Of a stretch of 64,000 nt of DNA, positions 21,749-34,917 are shown piece after piece. The DNA lies in assembly GCA_965216325.1 (NCBI GenBank), contig OZ244160.1, positions 1,824,001-1,888,000 of the forward strand, written 5' to 3'. The translations under genes and the position numbers were made by a program. Within the stretch, counting starts at the first letter, position 1. Each line of letters starts with the position of its first letter. Source of the stretch: Coraliomargarita sp. (GTDB taxonomy: Bacteria > Verrucomicrobiota > Verrucomicrobiia > Opitutales > Coraliomargaritaceae). The notes below the pieces were generated by a model. It saw only the letters and a program-made list of their open reading frames with translations, searched no databases and was not told the origin of the DNA.

Positions 21749-21972
21749 AAATCCAGCCAAGCAATCAGCACGACTTGCACGATCAGCGCTACAGCGAATA
21801 GGCTGTAGGCGAAGAGCATGAACGAATCGGTGGCGAATTTGCGCTCCCGGCGCTTGCTGCGCGGCAGCGATTTCGGCTTTGGCGCGGGGCCACCCGATTG
21901 TTGACCAAGGAAGCTTTCTTTGCGGTCGCGCAGCTGTGTGATTCGTCCCGTTAGATTCGTTGGTGAAGTCAT
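21742..21972 (-). CDS. Small basic protein with C-terminal TM helix
   Basis: Basic N-terminus and hydrophobic C-terminal helix; start uncertain (21972 or 21990). Confidence 0.55.
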   Translation of the reverse strand: MTSPTNLTGRITQLRDRKESFLGQQSGGPAPKPKSLPRSKRRERKFATDSFMLFAYSLFAVALIVQVVLIAWLDLV

Positions 21973-22162
21973 GCTGTGGACAAGTGACATTATTTGACCG
22001 GATCTGACAAGTGTAGATCAGGTGTTGTTGGTGATAGGTGTCATAAGTTGTTCTAATCTATTCGCTTGTTTGAAAAATCCAGTGTTGACCCTGTAAGGGG
22101 ACATCTCCATCTACGTGCACTTTTCGTCACACAATTGATGAAAAAAATTCACTACCTTTCCG

Positions 22163-23017
22163 ATGTTCCAAGTGAACCGACTACTACCAACTACATTCTT
22201 CTTTCTAGGCACAGCGGCCTCTCTGCAAGCAGCAGGCGATGGTGTTAGCCCGAAGCCGTATGATCTGACTGAGTTGTTCGGCCTACCGCTTACAAACTCT
22301 ATCGCGACCACATGGGCGATCTCGATCCTACTGATCATCGCGGTCCGCCTGTTTGTTGGTAAGCCACAAATGATCCCCGGCAAAGGTCAGGCGGTGCTCG
22401 AAAGCTTGATCGACGGCCTTAAGGGTCTCCTTGAGCCAATCGTTGGTAAGAAAGCCTTCCCGATGACCTTCCCGCTCTTGATCGGGCTGTTCATCTTCAT
22501 CCTGATTCACAACTGGAGTGCTCTGATCCCAGGTGTCGGTGTTTTTGGTCACGTTGACGACCATGGTCATTTTACTTACTGGATGCGTCCAGCGAATGCT
22601 GACTTGAATGCCACACTTGGTATGGCGCTCGTGGCAATGCTCGCATGGCTCTTTATCAGCCTCAAGGTGGCGGGCCCGAAGTTCTTTATCTGGGAGCTTT
22701 TCGGTAACAAGGCCGACAAGAAGGAAACACCCGCACCGATCTACATGATGCTGATCCCGATCTTCCTCATGGTCGGTGTGATTGAAGTTGTCTCCATCTG
22801 CTTCCGTCCGGTTTCCCTTTCCTTCCGTCTGTTCGGTAACGTGTTCGGTGGCGAAAATCTTTTGGTCAGCATGACCGGTATGGCACCTTACATCGTGCCG
22901 ATCCCATTCTATTTTTATGAAGTGTTGGTTGGCGTTGTCCAAGCCCTCATCTTCACATTGCTCGTGGCTATTTACATCGGCCTGATGACCAATCACGACG
23001 AAGACCACGCGCACTAA
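22163..23017 (+). CDS. atpB: F0 ATP synthase subunit a
   Basis: [34 protein letters not shown]. Confidence 0.96.
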   Translation: MFQVNRLLPTTFFFLGTAASLQAAGDGVSPKPYDLTELFGLPLTNSIATTWAISILLIIAVRLFVGKPQMIPGKGQAVLESLIDGLKGLLEPIVGKKAFPMTFPLLIGLFIFILIHNWSALIPGVGVFGHVDDHGHFTYWMRPANADLNATLGMALVAMLAWLFISLKVAGPKFFIWELFGNKADKKETPAPIYMMLIPIFLMVGVIEVVSICFRPVSLSFRLFGNVFGGENLLVSMTGMAPYIVPIPFYFYEVLVGVVQALIFTLLVAIYIGLMTNHDEDHAH

Positions 23018-23027
23018 TCACTACACC

Positions 23028-23061
<34 letters not shown>

Positions 23062-23109
23062 GCGGCACCGAAACCAACTAAACTATAACAACCAAATAGA
23101 TATACGATC

Positions 23110-23316
23110 ATGTTCGATATCCTTGCAGAAATCACTGGTAAGATTCACGTAGCAGCAGCAGCACTTGCTGTTCCTTTCGGCATTGGCCTCATCGGCCTCA
23201 AGGCTTGTGAATCTGTAGGCCGCAACCCTGAAGCAGCAACTAAGGTGCTGGTTCAGTCCATTATCGCTATGGCGTTCGCTGAAGCGATTGTCTTCTTCGC
23301 CATCTTCCTTGGCTAA
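23110..23316 (+). CDS. atpE: F0 subunit c
   Basis: GRNPEA loop; FAEA carboxylate. Confidence 0.95.
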   Translation: MFDILAEITGKIHVAAAALAVPFGIGLIGLKACESVGRNPEAATKVLVQSIIAMAFAEAIVFFAIFLG

Positions 23317-23393
23317 GACTGACGTCTAATGATTTTGCCGGCGCTCGATTCTGAGCGTCGGCACTTTCTTCCCTTACTACTTTCCTTTATACA

Positions 23394-24014
23394 ATGAAGG
23401 CCTTTTCCATCACACTGCTTTTCGCACTCTTTCTTCCACTTGGTTTGTTTGCAGCATCGGACCCACACGCGGCTGCCGAGGTAGCGGGTGAAGTCGCTGA
23501 GCAAAACAAGCTCACTATGATCACCGAAAAGTTCGGTGTGTCCGTGCCGACTCTTGTGGCACAGATGGTCAACTTCGTGCTGGTTGCCTTCGTTCTCTAC
23601 CGCTTCGCGGTGAAGCCAATCGCTGCGACGCTCGACGAGCGCCAACAAAAAATTTCCGAAGGTCTTCAGTATGCCGAAGAGATGAAGACCCAGCTTGCTG
23701 AAGCAGAGCGTGAGCGCGCTGCGAAGATCAAGGAAGCGGCTGCCGACGCACAACGTATTCTTGGTGAAGCTCGCGAGCAGTCCAAGGAGATGATCGAGCA
23801 GAAGACACAAGAAGCCGCAGCCCAGGCTGAGGCAATGATCCGCAAGGCGGCTGAAGCCACTGAGCTGGATCGTCAGAAGATGCTTTCTGAAGTCCGCCAA
23901 GAAGTTGCCCGCCTTGTAGTGGTTACTTCCGGCAAGGTGCTTGAGCGCGAACTCAGCGACGCTGAAAAGACTTCCTACTCCGACGCTGCTGCCAAGGAGT
24001 TGGCTGCCAACTAA
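23394..24014 (+). CDS. atpF: F0 subunit b
   Basis: [25 protein letters not shown], coiled coil. Confidence 0.95.
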   Translation: MKAFSITLLFALFLPLGLFAASDPHAAAEVAGEVAEQNKLTMITEKFGVSVPTLVAQMVNFVLVAFVLYRFAVKPIAATLDERQQKISEGLQYAEEMKTQLAEAERERAAKIKEAAADAQRILGEAREQSKEMIEQKTQEAAAQAEAMIRKAAEATELDRQKMLSEVRQEVARLVVVTSGKVLERELSDAEKTSYSDAAAKELAAN

Positions 24015-24038
24015 TTTCTTAACGCGACGTTCACCTCG

Positions 24039-24434
24039 ATGAAACAGGACAAGAAAATCGCCAATTTCGCCAAGAAGCTCGTTGAGCTTTCTAAGGATGC
24101 CGGCGTTGTCACCGAAGCCAAGGTCAGCGAAGTGCTCGCTGGTCTGAAGCAAGTGCAACCACGCCACACCTCGAAGATCCTCAAGCAGTATCTCGTGTAT
24201 ATCCGCCGCGAAATCGCTAGCCAGACTGCCGTCGTCGCCTCTCCGGGTGCACTCAGCGCAGACGCCTTGGCTACCATCGAGGCAAACTTCAGCAAGATCT
24301 ACGACCGCCCGATCAAGGCAGTCTCCACTACAGACACTTCTCTTATCGCCGGTGTGCGCGTGCGCGTTGGTGATGACCTCTATGATGCATCGGTTGCCGG
24401 CCGCCTCAAGCGCCTCGCCGAAAGCGTTAACTAA
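24039..24434 (+). CDS. atpH: F1 subunit delta (short form)
   Basis: DTSLIAGVRVRVGDDLYDASVAGRL; operon position. Confidence 0.92.
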   Translation: MKQDKKIANFAKKLVELSKDAGVVTEAKVSEVLAGLKQVQPRHTSKILKQYLVYIRREIASQTAVVASPGALSADALATIEANFSKIYDRPIKAVSTTDTSLIAGVRVRVGDDLYDASVAGRLKRLAESVN

Positions 24435-24476
24435 TCACACCACCACTTTTACTACCGTCATACGTTTCCACTTCTC

Positions 24477-26021
<1,545 letters not shown>

Positions 26022-26091
26022 GTCCCTTTCTTAATTCGCAATTTCTAATTGCTCCGCCCTCTCCATTTCATTCCGTCTTAATTAAGAAATA

Positions 26092-26982
<891 letters not shown>

Positions 26983-27012
26983 ACCAAACTTTAAACTACT
27001 CACTTCTCTTAG

Positions 27013-28440
<1,428 letters not shown>

Positions 28441-28442
28441 TC

Positions 28443-28856
28443 ATGTCGCTGACACTCGAAATCATTACACCTGACGAAAAGGTCCTCTCCACTGAGGCCG
28501 ATCAGGTTGTATTGCCCACCGAATCGGGCGAAGCAGGTATCCTGACCGGACACGTGCCCATGGTCACCAAGCTCAAAGCTGGCGAGCTGCGGGTCATCAA
28601 GGGCGGCAACACTGAGTTCATCGCTGTGGACAACGGTTTCGCCAAAGTGCTCGGCAACACGATCTCTGTTCTAGTGGAAGCCGCGATCGACGTGAACGAC
28701 ATCGACCTCTCTGAAGTCGAGTCTGCCCAAGCCCGCGCGCTTGAAGCTCTCAAGCAAGCTGAGGCCGAAGGCGTCGATCCGGAAGAAGTCGAGCGCCTCG
28801 AGTCCAACGTGCAGTATCTCATTGCACAGAAGCTCGCCAAGGGCCGCCGCCGCTAA
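28443..28856 (+). CDS. atpC: F1 subunit epsilon
   Basis: LEIITPD, GEAGILTGHVP; operon position. Confidence 0.95.
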   Translation: MSLTLEIITPDEKVLSTEADQVVLPTESGEAGILTGHVPMVTKLKAGELRVIKGGNTEFIAVDNGFAKVLGNTISVLVEAAIDVNDIDLSEVESAQARALEALKQAEAEGVDPEEVERLESNVQYLIAQKLAKGRRR

Positions 28857-28879
28857 GCCGCGATTCCAATCTAACTTTC

Positions 28880-28916
28880 AAAGCGCGATTCCAAAACGGA
28901 GTCGCGCTTTTCTTTT
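28880..28916 (+). terminator. atp operon intrinsic terminator
   Basis: AAAGCGCGATTCC-aaaac-GGAGTCGCGCTTTTCTTTT. Confidence 0.88.
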
Positions 28917-28944
28917 GTAGGGGCGCTGCTCGCGGCGCCCGCCC
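28917..28944 (+). repeat. GTAG-family REP element
   Basis: GTAGGGGCGCTGCTCGCGGCGCCCGCCC; same ends as the 13041-13068 copy. Confidence 0.75.
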
Positions 28945-28978
28945 GATGACTGCTTGAAGGCGTAGTATACAGAAAGCT

Positions 28979-29016
28979 CCTCCCCTGCGAAGGGGAGGTC
29001 ATCCGCTTGCCGGATG
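28979..29016. repeat. Double-hairpin extragenic repeat-like element
   Basis: CCTCCCCT-gcga-AGGGGAGG and CATCCG-cttgc-CGGATG. Confidence 0.55.
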
Positions 29017-29303
29017 GGAGGGGTAACCGACCACTCGTTGACTTTGCTCCGACGATCATTCTGAAGGCCAAAGACTTTGCGACGGAGATTACGATTCACA
29101 ACGCCCGCGCAAATGAGATGCGCACGGAAACTGCGATCTCCAACGAACACGTCACCAATAATACCGCGGTGCGCGACACTCTGGTCGAACGTGGCATAAC
29201 GCCCGAGGAACTGACCGCTGAGGAAGACGTGAAAAAGGTCGAGCGCCGCCTGAATTCTGAGGAAAAGAAAAGCCTCCGGAATCCGAAGGCCTTGGAGGGC
29301 TAG
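29007..29303 (+). pseudogene. dinD: C-terminal remnant of DNA-damage-inducible protein D
   Basis: RPLVDFAPTIILKAKDFATEIT, EHVTNNTAVR, RGITPEEL..EEDVKKVERRL match my recollection of the DinD C-terminus; N-terminal portion and a good start are absent. Confidence 0.7.
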
Positions 29304-29355
29304 AGCTTGTTGAGCCGCCTTTCGGCAGGCTCAAGGCTCTGAGCTAGGTCGAAGG
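29304..29355. repeat. Palindromic extragenic repeat (CTTCGACAGGCTCA/TGAGC..GTCGAAG type)
   Basis: CTTTCGGCAGGCTCA-aggctc-TGAGCTAGGTCGAAGG imperfect inverted repeat. Confidence 0.5.
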
Positions 29356-29430
29356 GCGAGGCGTGGCTGCGCTACCCATTAATAGTCAGTCTGGATTTGA
29401 CAAATAGCTAGATAGCTAGATGGTAAATAT

Positions 29431-29685
29431 ATGGACATGGTGGCACTCTATGACGCAAAGAATCGGCTTTCGGAGCTCTGCAATCAGGTTACGGAGACGG
29501 GGCAACCTTGTGTCATCAGCCGGCGTGGGAAGCCATTGGTGAAACTCGTGCCGATCGAAGACGAGAACGGCACGGAGTCCGTTTGGGATACGGTTGAGGA
29601 GGCACAAGCCCGTTACGGAGATTTGGACGAAGATTTCGTGCTACCCAAGCGCGCTGAGGCACAGCGCGAAACGCCGCTCGACTGA
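29431..29685 (+). CDS. Phd/YefM-family antitoxin
   Basis: DAKNRLSEL, VISRRGKPLVKLVP; TGATG overlap with the toxin. Confidence 0.9.
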   Translation: MDMVALYDAKNRLSELCNQVTETGQPCVISRRGKPLVKLVPIEDENGTESVWDTVEEAQARYGDLDEDFVLPKRAEAQRETPLD

Positions 29686-30104
29686 TGACTGGGCTCACAC
29701 ACCTGCTAGATACATCGGTGTATTCCCAGCGCTTGCGCCGGCATCCGCATGCGGGAACCGTGCGACGCTGGTCAGCTTTGGGAAATGCCCGCTGCGCGAT
29801 CTCAACTATTTGCGAAGCGGAGCTGTTGTTTGGTTTGGAGAAAAAAGCCTCGCCCCGCCTTTGGACTGAATATGAGCACTACCTCAAGAGCCAACTGGTG
29901 GTGCTATCCTTGGACCGGAAGGTGATCGAAACCTATGCTCAGATCAAAGCCGAGACCCAGTCGAGAGGTCTTGTCATTGGAGAATTTGACTTGCTGATCG
30001 GAGCGACTGCGCTGGCTAACAAACTGACACTCGCAACACTCAACACCAAAGACTTTGCCAAAATTCAGAGTTTAGAAGTGGAGGACTGGTCACTAGAACT
30101 ATGA
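29685..30104 (+). CDS. vapC: VapC-family PIN-domain toxin
   Basis: LLDTSV, ISTICEAELLFG, FDLLIGATAL, LATLNTKDF. Confidence 0.92.
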   Translation: MTGLTHLLDTSVYSQRLRRHPHAGTVRRWSALGNARCAISTICEAELLFGLEKKASPRLWTEYEHYLKSQLVVLSLDRKVIETYAQIKAETQSRGLVIGEFDLLIGATALANKLTLATLNTKDFAKIQSLEVEDWSLEL

Positions 30105-30676
30105 TCGCACCGGCAAATTTCGACGGACAACTGGAATTGTATCTCTACGTCAGTGGGGCGTTTCGGAAGCAGTTTGACCTGAATGCCGCCAGTTTGCCTA
30201 AGGACAGCGAACTGGAGCTGCCCACAAATTGGTGGTCAGTCTGGCGGGCAGAGCAGATCCACTTCGAAGACGATGTCTCGTGGGTGCTCTTCACCAATGC
30301 GAAGACATTGTTCAGCTTTTGCTACCGCGCGTATGGGGATGACTATGAGAGCATCATCCAGGAATTCGAGCATGGCTTCTTGAGTAGTCTCAAATCCAAT
30401 GGCGTTCAGCTGCCCGCGGAGGTATTGACCCATATGGTGCCGATGACAGGTCAGCCGCGCTCCTTGATCGGGAGTATGAACGAACTCGCCTTGAACTTTT
30501 TGTCGGACTTTTACGAGCGGGGTGCCAGCCGTGAGGATGCCGAGATTCGGCTTTGGTCGGTTCCCATGGGCGCTATTGAGTATGAGCTGCCTGCCAATGC
30601 CTACTTGAGTGAGCTTCGTGCGAATCCACCGTGCGGCTGGGAGGTCGTCGAGCCGGACTCCGATGTGCCGTTTTGA
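30101..30676 (+). CDS. Hypothetical protein (possibly DUF6933-like)
   Basis: W.A...VLFTNAKTLFS and RSLIGSMNE motifs; ATGA-coupled to vapC. Confidence 0.6.
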   Translation: MIAPANFDGQLELYLYVSGAFRKQFDLNAASLPKDSELELPTNWWSVWRAEQIHFEDDVSWVLFTNAKTLFSFCYRAYGDDYESIIQEFEHGFLSSLKSNGVQLPAEVLTHMVPMTGQPRSLIGSMNELALNFLSDFYERGASREDAEIRLWSVPMGAIEYELPANAYLSELRANPPCGWEVVEPDSDVPF

Positions 30677-30782
30677 TTCGGAGTGTTAGGCTCCAGCTCA
30701 ACAATTGTTGAGTCAGATAATTTTGACTTGGTGAACAGCAATACAAACTGCAGACCAATGCGCATAGTTTTGGGCCGTAACG

Positions 30783-30812
30783 ATTTGTGTTCATCCGTGT
30801 CCATCTGCGCTT
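30783..30812. repeat. Degenerate 10-bp tandem repeat
   Basis: ATTTGTGTTC-ATCCGTGTCC-ATCTGCGCTT. Confidence 0.5.
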
Positions 30813-30883
30813 GAAATTTCAGAACCCTAGTCGGACTCACTTCTGAGGTTGGAAAATGAGGAAAAGTCGTTAGATTGGTGCAA

Positions 30884-31390
30884 ATGGACTACGATTTTCT
30901 TGAGTTACTCCGTAAGCCTTTCGTCATCGGCTTGATTTTGGGCCTGATTTGCATGTGTGCGGTCTGGTGGCGGGCAGTGCGCAAGTTTCACGCTGCGAAG
31001 AAGGCGCATCAGCAGGAAAGTCAGCAGCTGCATAGCAAAGTCGCGAAGCTGGAGACGCACATCCGCACACAGATGGAGCTCACCGCCGACAGCAATACGG
31101 CGCTCAAGGACAGCGTTGAAGATCTCAAGCAGCAGAACGAGAACCTGCGCGTGATGAATAGCAATTTATCGACCAAGCCGGGCCGCGCCGAGCTACGTCA
31201 ACTCCACCTCTACGAAAAGGCGCTCAGCGTCATGCATGCGCGGGCGCCGGGCTTTTCGACTGCGTGGACTGAAGCGGTCAAAGACGCTGAAGTCGAACTC
31301 GAGCAGGAGGAAAAGGGCATCCTCAAGTGGATTCGTAAGCCGTTTCAGTTGGCCAAGCCAGCCAAAGCCGAGCCGACTGAACTCGAGTAG
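30884..31390 (+). CDS. Membrane-anchored coiled-coil hypothetical protein
   Basis: N-terminal TM ([17 protein letters not shown]) then heptad-rich segment. Confidence 0.75.
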   Translation: MDYDFLELLRKPFVIGLILGLICMCAVWWRAVRKFHAAKKAHQQESQQLHSKVAKLETHIRTQMELTADSNTALKDSVEDLKQQNENLRVMNSNLSTKPGRAELRQLHLYEKALSVMHARAPGFSTAWTEAVKDAEVELEQEEKGILKWIRKPFQLAKPAKAEPTELE

Positions 31391-31695
31391 GGGAGGGACT
31401 GCAGTATCTGTGGTCTGGCGACTCTATCGTGAACATCGAGGCCGCGGCTCGTTTACGCGCGGGAAGCCTCTAAAGACTCGACGAATTGGTATTCTGGGCC
31501 AGCGCACTATGAGGAGCTTGAGCTAGATGACTCTCTGCGTGACATTCGATACCTCCGTTATGGTATCGTGAGCTCTGAGAATCGTTTTGTTCGTGTCACA
31601 GTTCGTCTGATCGAGTGATCCACATGGAAGTCATTCGTAATTAGGGCGTTAGGTTGGAGTAGTTCCAAGCTTAATGCCTTAGGTAGTCATAACCA

Positions 31696-31712
31696 TACCC
31701 CCTTAGGGGGTA
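31696..31712. promoter_or_regulatory. Palindromic operator candidate upstream of the giant operon
   Basis: TACCCCC-TTA-GGGGGTA within an AT-rich intergenic region. Confidence 0.5.
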
Positions 31713-31878
31713 ATACGGGTAAAAAACTTAATATTTTTTTAATTTTACCCTAATCGACTTTACTAAAGGGAGCTTGTTTGTAGGGTTCGCGGTTGTGCGC
31801 TGCATTGTGAACAACCGTGAATAATGCTAATTATCGCACAAACCCTTACTACCAAACTACTTATCTAACTATACCAAT

Positions 31879-32964
31879 ATGGATTGCTCATGCGCCCTCC
31901 TTGGCGTCGTGGCTACGCTGCGTCGAAAGTGTGTTCAAAGTGTCTTCTGTGCTGTAATCGTCGGCATGCTGGGGACGTCCTTAGCGGCTCAGGAGAGCAG
32001 TCCATTGGGACCGTTCCGCACGCAGGTGATTGAGCTCAAGGCTGGTTGGAATTCGGTGTATCTTGAGATCGAGCCGCTCAGCACGGATCCGGACGAGTTA
32101 TTCGAAGGCACGCCGATTGAAATTGCGGCGGCGTATCTGCGTCCCGTGACCTCTCAGCAGTTCGTGGAGAGTCCCAGTGATGCTTTGAATGATCGCAAAG
32201 GTTGGAATGTGTGGTATCAGGAGGATCGTCCTGATGCCTTGTTGTCGGACCTGTATGCGATCAACGCGCATGGCGCTTACCTGCTTTACTCAGAGACTGA
32301 CTATACTTGGCAGCTACAAGGTGTTCCATATTTTGGTTCTGCGACATGGCATCCGAATGCCTACAGCTTGATTGGCTATCCAATCGATGCTGCTGAGGCA
32401 CCAACGATTGAGAACTTCTTTGCGGGTGTGGGTGCGCATGCAGAGTTGAAGGTTTACCAGATGGTGGATGGTCGCTGGAACTTGATTACTGAGCCAGCAT
32501 CTACCCTGATGGAATCGGGTGTCGCCTACTGGACCTACAGCAAGGGAGCATCCGAGTTCGCCGGCCCACTGCAGGTGGATTTCAAAACCGAGTCCCTGGG
32601 TGGGCTGATTTTTACTGCGAATATCGGTATGCAGCAGCTGGTGCTGACCAATGTTTCGCCGTTTCCACAGCAGTTGACGCTCAATCTTGAAGCGGGTGCA
32701 TCGGGCTTGATCCCGCTCGCATACCAAGTCACCGAGGTGAACGGCGACGAGCCGCTGAATACCAGCAACCGTCCGCTCAACGATGGCATGACGATTGGCC
32801 CGGTTGAATCGGGTGCGTCGGTCATTTTAAATTTGGAAGTTGTTCGTAGCGAGGTGAGCCAGTCGTTGATGACAACGACGGTGGTGGTCGCCTCGGATGC
32901 CGGCGTGCGCATTGAAGTGCCGATTGTGTCGGCCCGCACGGATCTGGAATCCTCTGCTGAATAA
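31879..32964 (+). CDS. Exported hypothetical protein (operon gene 1)
   Basis: Signal-like N-terminus; QVIELKAGWNSVYLEIEP; beta-rich. Confidence 0.85.
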   Translation: MDCSCALLGVVATLRRKCVQSVFCAVIVGMLGTSLAAQESSPLGPFRTQVIELKAGWNSVYLEIEPLSTDPDELFEGTPIEIAAAYLRPVTSQQFVESPSDALNDRKGWNVWYQEDRPDALLSDLYAINAHGAYLLYSETDYTWQLQGVPYFGSATWHPNAYSLIGYPIDAAEAPTIENFFAGVGAHAELKVYQMVDGRWNLITEPASTLMESGVAYWTYSKGASEFAGPLQVDFKTESLGGLIFTANIGMQQLVLTNVSPFPQQLTLNLEAGASGLIPLAYQVTEVNGDEPLNTSNRPLNDGMTIGPVESGASVILNLEVVRSEVSQSLMTTTVVVASDAGVRIEVPIVSARTDLESSAE

Positions 32965-33032
32965 CCACCACTGCCGCCTTTCTGACACTCTACCAATTTC
33001 ACGAGTTAAACTCACAACCGCACTATAAGGCC

Positions 33033-34883
33033 ATGAATCGATTTCTTAAGCCTACACTCTTACTCACCCTTGGCACTCTTCAATTTCCGTTGCTGCATGC
33101 GACGCATCCGGCACGTGGCCTGTGGGTTGGCGAAGTCGCCCTGAATGAGGTCAACGAAGCGACCGGTGCTGTTGGAGACTCCAACACTTACGAGTTCACC
33201 GATCCTGAGTTGACGACCTCGACCAGCGATACCGCTCACTTGCGTCTGATCCTGCATGTGAATGGGGCAGGGCAGGTCCAGCTGCTCAAGAGCGTTGCGA
33301 TTGCGCCGACTGGCACACTCAGTGATGGCACTACAGACTTGGTGCTGCTGACAAATCCAGAGCTCTATTCGGAGTATTCGGGAGTCGCGAAGCGTGTGGC
33401 CAGTGCGTTTTTTGACTTTGGTGATCAGCATGCGGTTGAAGCCGTGCAGCAATTGATCGATATCGCCAGCCAACGTGCGGTGGATCTTGGTAAAAACGGC
33501 GTGAGTGCAGATACCTTCGGACCAACCATTCAGGCTGAGCTTGCGGCACTCGTGGATGCTGCGGATGTCGCGATCGCATATATCGACCGCGGCACAGGCG
33601 CCACTTCCTTCATTACTACCGACTTTTTCCAAGATCAGGCGGAAGTCGAAGCGATTGGCCAAGCAGTTGCGGAGCTGATGCATGCAGGCACTAAAGCAGC
33701 AGCCGATTTCGCGCTGGCAGCTGACGCGACAACATATGCGCCCTTTCCAAGCTCACCAACTGGCTTTGATGCTGTGGTGACTAAGGCTTTCGAACTGAAA
33801 GATGCCTCATTTTATGCGGACACTCGTGGCGTCGAAGCGGTTGCACGTATTGCCTATGGCAGTGCGCTTGCAGTCGAAGCGCTTGGTAACAGTGTCAGCG
33901 AAGCGGAGAAGATCGCCTACGCGAAGATCGTCGCGGTCGATGAGTGGCACAATGCTGCAGATACCAGTGTTGCTTACAATCGCTTCCTCGCAGGTGCGTC
34001 CTATGAAGGCCTTCCAACTGCGATCATTGACGTTGCGGTTGCGGAAGCAATCGATGCGAATAACCGTGGACTAAGCGAAGCGGACATCCGCACCGCAGTG
34101 CAGGATGCACTGTTGACGGAAACGGTGGTGCTCAATGCGTATTTTGACGCTGAATCTGTATCCGCTGAAGCCTTACACGGTGACCCGCGCGGACGAAATG
34201 CAGTGGATGGTATCTTGCTCGCGGCAGAAGCAGCTGCGACGGCTCAAGTTTTGCTCGACCCAGCAGTGGATCTGATGACCGATGCAGTGGAAGATGCAGT
34301 TGAGATTGCAGTCGCTTCCGTGCGTTCCGGTTATGTTTTTGCTACCGCTCCGTCTGAGGCTTACACCGACTTCATTACGAGCACAACATTCTCTGATGCA
34401 GCCGACCAAGCTGCGGAAACGGCGGCAAGTGAGGTAGAGTTCCAGTATAACGCGGGTGTTCGTGATGAAGCGGAGCTGCTTTTCTTTGCGAATTTTGCAA
34501 CGAACAAGGCTCTGGTTGCCGAACGTAACGAGGCCGCAGCACTGCCTAAGTTCAGCGTGCCGCTTGATGGCCAACTTGAGCCAGGTGATGCGATCTCCGG
34601 TCAGTTCTATCTCCCCGCGCTTGCGCCAACCAATCCTTTCCTACACCGCCTCCACCCTGATCATACGACGGGGATTCCAATCACACGTCACATTTCGCTG
34701 AGTGTCGATTCCAGTCAGGAGAGTGAGTTGTCCTCATATGGTGTGCGTGTGCTGACCGGCACCTATGAAGAAGAGCTTTTTGGATTACATAAACCACTTG
34801 GTGCCCAACAGGATGTTGGCCTGAAGACGAAGGGAGACTTCACCCTGAATCGGATCACTCTGGTGGATTCACTCAATTTCTAA
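33033..34883 (+). CDS. Exported hypothetical protein (operon gene 2)
   Basis: Signal peptide; beta-rich ends (GLWVGEV..; PTNPFLHRLHPDH) around an Ala/acidic helical middle. Confidence 0.88.
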   Translation: MNRFLKPTLLLTLGTLQFPLLHATHPARGLWVGEVALNEVNEATGAVGDSNTYEFTDPELTTSTSDTAHLRLILHVNGAGQVQLLKSVAIAPTGTLSDGTTDLVLLTNPELYSEYSGVAKRVASAFFDFGDQHAVEAVQQLIDIASQRAVDLGKNGVSADTFGPTIQAELAALVDAADVAIAYIDRGTGATSFITTDFFQDQAEVEAIGQAVAELMHAGTKAAADFALAADATTYAPFPSSPTGFDAVVTKAFELKDASFYADTRGVEAVARIAYGSALAVEALGNSVSEAEKIAYAKIVAVDEWHNAADTSVAYNRFLAGASYEGLPTAIIDVAVAEAIDANNRGLSEADIRTAVQDALLTETVVLNAYFDAESVSAEALHGDPRGRNAVDGILLAAEAAATAQVLLDPAVDLMTDAVEDAVEIAVASVRSGYVFATAPSEAYTDFITSTTFSDAADQAAETAASEVEFQYNAGVRDEAELLFFANFATNKALVAERNEAAALPKFSVPLDGQLEPGDAISGQFYLPALAPTNPFLHRLHPDHTTGIPITRHISLSVDSSQESELSSYGVRVLTGTYEEELFGLHKPLGAQQDVGLKTKGDFTLNRITLVDSLNF

Positions 34884-34917
34884 CCGCCTTGGATTTTACC
34901 CAGAAAGCTGATTTCTC

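Noticed and set aside
21970..22140. DnaA-box-like TGTGGACAA near the atp promoter
   Set aside because: Single imperfect match with no array
22164..22179. parS-like TGTTCCAAGTGAACCG at the atpB start
   Set aside because: Three or more mismatches and broken symmetry
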